From assembly GCA_910586625.1 (NCBI GenBank), contig CAJUIZ010000008.1:2618-66617 (forward strand): a stretch of DNA of 64,000 nucleotides. Reading direction: 5' to 3'. Numbering within the stretch: the first letter of the stretch is position 1; each line of letters opens with the position of its first letter. The notes under the pieces were generated by a model. The model did not search any database and had not been told where the DNA came from. It was given only the letters and a program-made list of their open reading frames with translations. The stretch comes from an uncultured Christensenellaceae bacterium. Its GTDB lineage: Bacteria; Bacillota; Clostridia; Christensenellales; CAG-314. The position numbers and the translations under genes were made by a program. Positions 57,808-64,000 of the stretch are shown here, one piece after another.

Positions 57808-60386
57808 AAAGTTACAATCTCCTTTACAGTGTAATCTTGTTCTTCCACAGCCTTTCTGAGCGTTTCGGATTGAACGCTTCCGTCCGCGGTAACTACGGCG
57901 TTATTATCCGCAAGACTTACGGTAACGTCCGTTACTCCCGAAACTCTCGTAAGGGCGCTTGTTACGTGCGCCACGCAACGTTGACACATCATACCTTCGA
58001 TTTGCAATTGATACTTCATCGCACTCTCCTTTTTGTTCTTTATATTTTCCGAATTAAGTTCTAAATTGCGTTCGCATTGTCCGAGCGGGCATTCGCGTAT
58101 TTCGTTGGAAGCTCCGCTGCCTTTTACAACGCCGCGAACTCCGCGCGGACGGAAAAGCTTCAAACGCAACGCATTGGTCACGACGAACAGACTTGACAGA
58201 CTCATAGCAAGAGCGCCTATCATAGGGCTTAGTCTCAATCCCAACGGCGTAGCGTACAATACTCCCGCAGCAAGCGGAATGCCCAGAGCATTGTAGAAAA
58301 ACGCCCAAAACAGATTCTGCTTGATATTACGTTTGGTTTTACGGCTGAGTTCTATCGCGTACGGTACGTCGCGAACGTCGTTTTTCATAAGCAACACGTC
58401 CGCAGTATCCAACGCTATATCCGAACCGCTTGCGACAGCAAAGCCCACGTCCGCACGTACAAGCGCGGGCGCGTCGTTTATACCGTCGCCCACCATCGCA
58501 GTTGCTCCGTCATTCATCAATTCGGCAACTTTCCTTTCCTTGTCGGCAGGCAGCACTTCGGCATAGAATTCGTCTATGCCTACTTCGTCGCATACCGCCC
58601 GAGCGGCTAACGCGTTATCGCCGGTAAGCATAACGGGACGAATACTGAGCTTTTTGAGACTTGCAACCGCTTGCTTGGACGTAGGCTTCACGTCGTCGCC
58701 TACGCCTATAATACCGACGAATTTACCGTCTTGCGCGACTACCAAACAGGTCAAAGCTCTGCGCGAATATTCGTCCAAATACGCTTGGTAGTCCGCTACG
58801 TTTACGTTCTGCTCGTCCATTAGCCTTTTGTTGCCTATGGCATATTTTTTACCGTTTACCTTTGCTATGACACCGCGTCCCGCTAACGTTTCAAACTCGG
58901 ACGGAACTGTCAAGCTAACTCCCGCTTGCTCCGCCTTGTCTACCACGGCCCGTCCGAGCGGATGCTCGCTTTGCTTCTCTATTCCGCCCACAACGGACAA
59001 AAATTCGGACTCGTCCAGGTAAGAACGGAATTGTTTTACAAACGGTTTACCGAGAGTTACCGTTCCCGTTTTGTCCAATACTACAGTCTTTATATCGGCA
59101 AGCTTTTCTAACGTTTCGCCGTCTTTAATCAAAATTCCGTTTTCCGCGCTTTTGCCCGTGGAAACCATAATCGCAACCGGCGTGGCCAGTCCAAGCGCGC
59201 ACGGACAGGATACGACAAGCACAGATATAGCAAAATCCAACGCCTGCGATACGGGCTGTCCGACTGCGAGCCATACGATAAACGTAACCAAAGCAATCGA
59301 CATAACTATCGGTACGAATACCGCCGAAATCTTATCCGCCAAGCGCTGTATAGGCGCTTTGGACGTCCCGGCTTCTTCTACAAGAGCGATTATTTTGTTC
59401 AAAACGCTGTCCTGTCCCACCGAAGAAACTTGCACCTTAACATACCCGCTCACATTTACTGTTCCGCCTATTACGAAATCGCCCGATTGACGCTCGCGCG
59501 GAAGACTTTCGCCGCTGACGCTGCTTTCGTCGGCGAAACAGCTGCCTTCCGCAACCGTACCGTCGGCGGGAAACGCCATTCCCGCCTTGACTATCACAAC
59601 GTCGCCTGCTTTAACAGTCGACGAGTCAACTTCCGTTTCTACCCCGTCGCGTAAAAGAATAGCCGATTGCGGAGCTAACTTTCTAAGCTTATTTAGGGCG
59701 TTTCCAGTGCGGATTTTGGAACGCCCTTCCAAATACTTGCCCAAGTCCACAAGCGCGAGTATCATCGCCGACGACTCAAAGTACAATAAATGATGATAAT
59801 GCGCGACGGTGTCGAGATCTCCCTTACCCAAAGCGTAACTCATAAAAAATATTACTATCACACCGTACAGTCCGCCTGCAAACGAGCCTACGGCAATAAG
59901 GCTGTCCATATTGGGCGCGCCCTTAAACAACCGCTTGAAGCCGTTTATAAAATAATGACGGTTTAAGTACCATACGGGCAAGCACAGCAACAGCTGAACC
60001 AAAGCAAACGATACGGCGTTTGCCGTACCCGAAAGAAAGGACGGCAAGGGCAGCTTAATCATATGCCCCATAGCCACGTACATCAATACAACGCAAATGA
60101 CGACAGAAGCTATAAGCCTCGGTAAAGTAACTCCAACCGCTACTTTTTTTACCGTCACGGACGGCTGTTTTACGTTATCGCTTACCGCAGCGGAATAACC
60201 TGCGCTTTCCACGGCTTTGATTATCAATCCGTCGTTCGTCTTATTGTCGTCGTAAGTAACAATCATACTGTTGGCAATCAGGTTTACGGCGACTTTCTTT
60301 ACGCCGTCAACCTTTCCGACTGCTTTTTCAACATGCGCGGAACAAGCCGAACACGTCATACCCATTACGTCGAATTTTTTCTTCAA
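57804..60386 (-). CDS. copA: Copper-translocating P1B-type ATPase with both N- and C-terminal HMA domains
   Basis: N-terminal GMTCSAC HMA domain, then CPC, DKTGT and GDGINDAP motifs, and a C-terminal GMMCQRC HMA module. TTG start at 60384-60386 after SD aggag; the tracked start 48 nt further upstream is also possible. Confidence 0.93.
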   Translation of the reverse strand: MKKKFDVMGMTCSACSAHVEKAVGKVDGVKKVAVNLIANSMIVTYDDNKTNDGLIIKAVESAGYSAAVSDNVKQPSVTVKKVAVGVTLPRLIASVVICVVLMYVAMGHMIKLPLPSFLSGTANAVSFALVQLLLCLPVWYLNRHYFINGFKRLFKGAPNMDSLIAVGSFAGGLYGVIVIFFMSYALGKGDLDTVAHYHHLLYFESSAMILALVDLGKYLEGRSKIRTGNALNKLRKLAPQSAILLRDGVETEVDSSTVKAGDVVIVKAGMAFPADGTVAEGSCFADESSVSGESLPRERQSGDFVIGGTVNVSGYVKVQVSSVGQDSVLNKIIALVEEAGTSKAPIQRLADKISAVFVPIVMSIALVTFIVWLAVGQPVSQALDFAISVLVVSCPCALGLATPVAIMVSTGKSAENGILIKDGETLEKLADIKTVVLDKTGTVTLGKPFVKQFRSYLDESEFLSVVGGIEKQSEHPLGRAVVDKAEQAGVSLTVPSEFETLAGRGVIAKVNGKKYAIGNKRLMDEQNVNVADYQAYLDEYSRRALTCLVVAQDGKFVGIIGVGDDVKPTSKQAVASLKKLSIRPVMLTGDNALAARAVCDEVGIDEFYAEVLPADKERKVAELMNDGATAMVGDGINDAPALVRADVGFAVASGSDIALDTADVLLMKNDVRDVPYAIELSRKTKRNIKQNLFWAFFYNALGIPLAAGVLYATPLGLRLSPMIGALAMSLSSLFVVTNALRLKLFRPRGVRGVVKGSGASNEIRECPLGQCERNLELNSENIKNKKESAMKYQLQIEGMMCQRCVAHVTSALTRVSGVTDVTVSLADNNAVVTADGSVQSETLRKAVEEQDYTVKEIVTL

Positions 60387-60453
60387 AATATTCTCCTGCT
60401 GAAAATTTACAAAAAACTGCGCGGAACATAACAACTATAAAATCAACGGTTGC

Positions 60454-60508
60454 TACCCCCCCCCACCGAGTATATGTATATTATACGCCTTATTGTCGGC
60501 AAATGCAA
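60454..60508 (-). promoter_or_regulatory. copA promoter with a C9/G9-tract element (candidate CsoR operator)
   Basis: Minus strand reads TTGCAT (60503-60508), 17 nt, TATAAT (60480-60485), then ATACTCGGTGGGGGGGGGTAGCA (homopolymer at 60456-60464) around the predicted transcription start. Confidence 0.4.
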
Positions 60509-60777
60509 GCAAAATTATACAAATATTTTTTACGCTGACATAAATAGCTTTACAGCAATTAAAGTTCTTAACCGCCGTTATAATCTCAATTATATTTACA
60601 AGCTTTATTGTGACGCACAGCCGATAGCTTCGGCAATTACATAGGCTAACGTACGTTTCCGCAAAGGATAATGATGTGTAACGTTTGCAACTGCTTTCCG
60701 CTTAATTGACGTTGTCGGTTTTTTATTGCAGAATTCAACTTTTTATGTTACAATAACGCTAAGGAGCGTGGAATTAT

Positions 60778-61821
60778 ATGCCTGAAACAAAAACGAAGCG
60801 CAAATTCAATTGGAAAATTTTTACTATTGTCATAGCGGCGATACTCGTCGTTTACCTTGTATTGGCGTTAGTGCCGCGGGTTAAAAGCGTAGCGGACAAC
60901 CCGTTTGTTATCGAAAATGGCAGCCGTCCGTTGCTTATAGCGCACGGCGGCGGTAACAGAGAATTCCCCGACAATACGCTCGAAGCGTGCTACAATGCGT
61001 TCAGCGTAGACGAAAACGTAATGCTGGAAATGGACGTATCCATAACGCGCGACGGCGTGGTAATTATGTCGCACGACACTACTCTCGATTACCGTACAAA
61101 CGCGCGCGGAGCTATTGCGGATTGGAACTACACCGATTTGTTGGAGCAGGAAGTGGATTTTTCCTACCTTAACCGCAAGGAAAACGGAAATGTCGTAGAA
61201 GAAATAAAATATACCGACTACCAAAATAAACAGGTTACGCCCAAGGACGTACCTAATTACCCTAACGGACTGCCAAACCGCAGTTCCGAGAAATTTTTGG
61301 TAACGCGTCTTATCGACGTATTGGAAGCATTTCCAAACAATACGGTAAACGTGGAAATAAAGCAAAAGGGTGAAATGGGATTAAAAGCCCTCAGAGCGGT
61401 AATAAAGATAGTCGAAGACCTTGACGCGTTCGATCGCGTGGTGCTTGCGTCCTTCCACAAGGATATCTACACCGAACTAAAACGAATACACAGGGAAGAT
61501 CACCCAGAACTGCTGTTTTCTCCGCAGGACTCGGGAGTAGCCGCGCTGCTCATTTCGGGAGCGGTCGGTTTGGATTTATTCTATACCGAGCCGGTTGCGG
61601 TACTGCAAATACCTATGAGTCAAAAGGTAAAAGGAATAAATATTCACCTTGACAGAGAATGGTTCGTGGCGACGGCGCACAAGCATAATATAGCTGTGCA
61701 CTACTGGACCATCGACAACGAAGACGATATGAAATATTTAATCGAAATAGGCGCGGACGGAATTATGACCAACCTGCCGCACACATTGCTTAAAGTATAC
61801 GACGAAGTATTTGGCAAGTAA
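60778..61821 (+). CDS. Membrane-anchored glycerophosphodiester phosphodiesterase family protein
   Basis: N-terminal TM and GDPD motifs (IAHGGGNREFPDNTLEA, EMDVSITRDGVVIMSHD). Confidence 0.85.
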   Translation: MPETKTKRKFNWKIFTIVIAAILVVYLVLALVPRVKSVADNPFVIENGSRPLLIAHGGGNREFPDNTLEACYNAFSVDENVMLEMDVSITRDGVVIMSHDTTLDYRTNARGAIADWNYTDLLEQEVDFSYLNRKENGNVVEEIKYTDYQNKQVTPKDVPNYPNGLPNRSSEKFLVTRLIDVLEAFPNNTVNVEIKQKGEMGLKALRAVIKIVEDLDAFDRVVLASFHKDIYTELKRIHREDHPELLFSPQDSGVAALLISGAVGLDLFYTEPVAVLQIPMSQKVKGINIHLDREWFVATAHKHNIAVHYWTIDNEDDMKYLIEIGADGIMTNLPHTLLKVYDEVFGK

Positions 61822-61852
61822 CATATAAGGATAACATTAAACAAGGAATATT

Positions 61853-63241
61853 ATGCAAAACACTGTATTTGTAGAAAGAAAACTAAGGCGCAACCTTACC
61901 TATGTACTGACGGTTTTAATCGTTTTTTTCGGATTGATGATTGCGATGCTTGTTACCGCTTCTATGATAGACAAACAAAATCTTAACGGCAGAGTGTTGG
62001 AAATTACCGGAACAGTGGAAAAAGCCGAAAGGGACGGAAGCATAGCCATAGTCACCTTAAACGACGGCAACAACACGAAGGAATATAACGCAGTGTGGAA
62101 CCACGACAAATATACATTGGACTGGGACGCGTACGTCGGCAAAACAGTAACGCTCGTTATTTGCGAGCGCACCTTCGCTTCCGGCAATTCTTGGGCGTTG
62201 GGACTGAAAACTGACGACGGTACAAATATAGATTACGAAAAGGTTTTACAGGAAAAACGCGCAGGAAATAAGGAAATGCTAATCGTTTCATGGGTAGTGT
62301 TTGCAATAATAGGCGTTACCGCCTGCGGTATTTTTATATGGCGGACAAATGTAAATCCAGTTATCGAACGTCCGCTTGCCGAGCAATACGCGGAATATTT
62401 AACCCCCAGACAGCCGACCTGTCCCGAACGAAAAAAACTGTTGATAGCATTGGGAGTGTGGGCTTTACTGATGATTGTATTTATAATATTGTTGATATGC
62501 TTTTCTCCCGAAGGGGACGACGAGCCGTTGGGAGCGGCTGCAATCGTTTTTTTGACGCTGACGTTAGTCACAATGGTAGGCGGAATGGTTGCATTACCCG
62601 TAATTTCCAAAACTGTATTTTTCCGCAAGGAAATAAACTTCTATGCCGAAAAGCTGCCGTTCGATTTTACGGATATATCTTTCGCACCGATGCGAAAAAA
62701 GGTTAAAATTCAATTGCAAAAGGAGATAATCGAAAGCCGCGCAAAGTACCCGCATATACACAGCGACGGCGGCAACGGCTACGATGTGGAGTTTACGCCT
62801 GCGGGAATTAATCTCTACACGAACTACGACTTCGACGGCGGCCGAATAAGCGCAGACAGCGATTGTAAAGTGATGGCGCAAGATATAACCGAAGTATTTC
62901 CCGATATGCCTAAGGAAACCAATGAACCGTCACCCGCAGTTTACGATACGTCTAAGAACCTTCCGGAACTTTCACTTACGTACGACGAATTGAATTTCGA
63001 AGCGGTCGCGCACTATCGCCGTAACGATCACCCCATGATGATCATTGTTAAGAGCCGACTTGCCAAGACCGATTTGCCCGAAGAATTTACCAACGACTTA
63101 CACATTGCCTTGGACGTACACGTACTTGAAACGATCAAAGCCTTTAACGTTCCGGTGGAAAATCTTCAATTTATCTTGGACAACAAGAAACCTTTGATGT
63201 TGGAAAATTGCCGCAAAAGAAACCGCGCAAAATCCGAATAG
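61853..63241 (+). CDS. Hypothetical membrane protein (about four TMs plus a soluble C-terminal half)
   Basis: 462-aa ORF followed by a strong terminator. No family recognised. Confidence 0.6.
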   Translation: MQNTVFVERKLRRNLTYVLTVLIVFFGLMIAMLVTASMIDKQNLNGRVLEITGTVEKAERDGSIAIVTLNDGNNTKEYNAVWNHDKYTLDWDAYVGKTVTLVICERTFASGNSWALGLKTDDGTNIDYEKVLQEKRAGNKEMLIVSWVVFAIIGVTACGIFIWRTNVNPVIERPLAEQYAEYLTPRQPTCPERKKLLIALGVWALLMIVFIILLICFSPEGDDEPLGAAAIVFLTLTLVTMVGGMVALPVISKTVFFRKEINFYAEKLPFDFTDISFAPMRKKVKIQLQKEIIESRAKYPHIHSDGGNGYDVEFTPAGINLYTNYDFDGGRISADSDCKVMAQDITEVFPDMPKETNEPSPAVYDTSKNLPELSLTYDELNFEAVAHYRRNDHPMMIIVKSRLAKTDLPEEFTNDLHIALDVHVLETIKAFNVPVENLQFILDNKKPLMLENCRKRNRAKSE

Positions 63242-63251
63242 CTTGCTACTG

Positions 63252-63283
63252 CTTCTCCCGAGCAATCGGGAGAAGTTTTTTTT
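63252..63283 (+). terminator. Rho-independent terminator
   Basis: Stem cttctcccg/cgggagaag followed by T8. Confidence 0.8.
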
Positions 63284-63352
63284 ACGTTTAACTTTCGTTT
63301 TGTTGAGTAAACGGAGAAAAAACCGTCAATAATCTCACTACGAGGTGAACGT

Positions 63353-64000
63353 ATGACTTCAACAAACTTTTTATTCGAAAATATCCGCTGGAACTTAAAA
63401 AAAGACGCTTACAGCCGTCTGCTCGGACTTCCTTCGACGCAAGCTCAATTCTGCGACCAAGTGGAAAAGCTGTCTCGACGGTATTTTCCGGAAAGAAAAC
63501 GTGTGAACACGCTGGAAACGGAATTCTGCTTGAATGAAATAGCGTTGAAAACGGCAAAAACAAACGCGCAAAAAACCGCGAAGGAGTATTTCGCAGAAAA
63601 CTGGGCCAAGTACGTACGGCTAAAAAAAGTATTTGAAAAAAATTATTTGATTTTTCCCGCAGACGGAAATAAAACCCGATTGGAAACTGCTGCGGAATTG
63701 ATTGCAAAATGCTCGCAATTCGCCGTAGACGACGTGACGCTTGCCGAAATGATATACGTCTGCCGCGACATTATGCAGCTTTCCGAAAGAGAATGCGATT
63801 ACTTGGAAGACGCCGTAGAACTGTACAGGATTAACTACTATTGCGCCTGCGCCTGCGGAATATTTGCAGGAAAGCGCTTTGCCGCCGATTGCTTCGCGCG
63901 CGCGTTTCAACCGACTCTTCTGAACGAAGGCTTTACAAACAATACGCAATACCGTCAAGCCTGTTACGGACAAAGCAAGCTTATTACAGTAGTAGACTGT
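63353..64000 (+). CDS. Hypothetical protein (N-terminal 216 aa; runs off the window end)
   Basis: My own translation from the ATG at 63353 (SD gaggtg): MTSTNFLFENIRWNLKKDAYSRLLGLP...YRINYYCACACGIFAGKRF... The frame stays open to position 64000. It replaces two tracked minus-strand ORFs. Confidence 0.6.
   Translation, partial: MTSTNFLFENIRWNLKKDAYSRLLGLPSTQAQFCDQVEKLSRRYFPERKRVNTLETEFCLNEIALKTAKTNAQKTAKEYFAENWAKYVRLKKVFEKNYLIFPADGNKTRLETAAELIAKCSQFAVDDVTLAEMIYVCRDIMQLSERECDYLEDAVELYRINYYCACACGIFAGKRFAADCFARAFQPTLLNEGFTNNTQYRQACYGQSKLITVVDC

Noticed and set aside
63288-63973. Two minus-strand ORFs (63288-63707 and 63620-63973).
   Set aside because: They are low-complexity F/L/R-rich translations. 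A plus-strand ORF from 63353, with an SD and open to the window end, explains the region better and follows a strong plus-strand terminator.

Overview
This is a 64-kb stretch of a Firmicutes/Clostridia-type chromosome from a likely endospore former. GC is roughly mid-40s % by eye and the standard bacterial genetic code fits every recognisable gene.

The window is mostly core genome, and almost everything up to about 41.3 kb is on the minus strand. In coordinate order:
- partial HemZ-like radical-SAM gene
- relA-recJ-(half-size secD-like)-yajC-tgt-queA-ruvB-ruvA-ruvC
- yebC, then a TrmH-family methyltransferase
- rplT-rpmI-infC (ATT start, L20-type leader)
- thrS behind a Thr T-box, then a ytxC-like gene
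- an alkylation-repair gene, a stand-alone acpP, and asnS
- a compact dcw cluster: mraZ-rsmH-ftsL-like-pbp-murE-mraY-murD-ftsW-murA-ftsQ-ftsA-ftsZ
- a metallophosphoesterase and a TetR regulator
- a Spo0A-like regulator
- M-box plus mgtE, then a cold-shock protein
- a CadC-like ArsR regulator, a free HMA protein and a CadA ATPase
- a heterodimeric ABC exporter
- recO-(yqzL)-era-ybeY-7TM-HD-phoH-yqfD-yqfC
- copA-csoR, a GDPD enzyme and two unknown genes

I saw no rRNA, tRNA, CRISPR array, transposase or prophage genes.

The accessory or odd patches are:
- 20.0-21.4 kb: divergent promoters, a possible leaderless Cys-rich mini-ORF, a Ser/Thr/Asn/Lys-rich mini-protein and an AT-rich orphan membrane gene.
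- 37.1-39.1 kb: a phased repeat array, orphan membrane and zinc-ribbon genes, and a Cys-flanked beta-rich 213-aa protein.
- 44.2-44.9 kb: a collagen-like protein with a Cys-rich N-terminus.
- 61.8-64.0 kb: two unknown genes.

The most interesting single observation is the Spo0A-like regulator. Its effector domain is canonical, but its receiver domain lacks the acidic pocket and carries Glu at the phospho-acceptor position.

All family assignments rest on motifs I recognise by eye and on remembered synteny. No database search was run.
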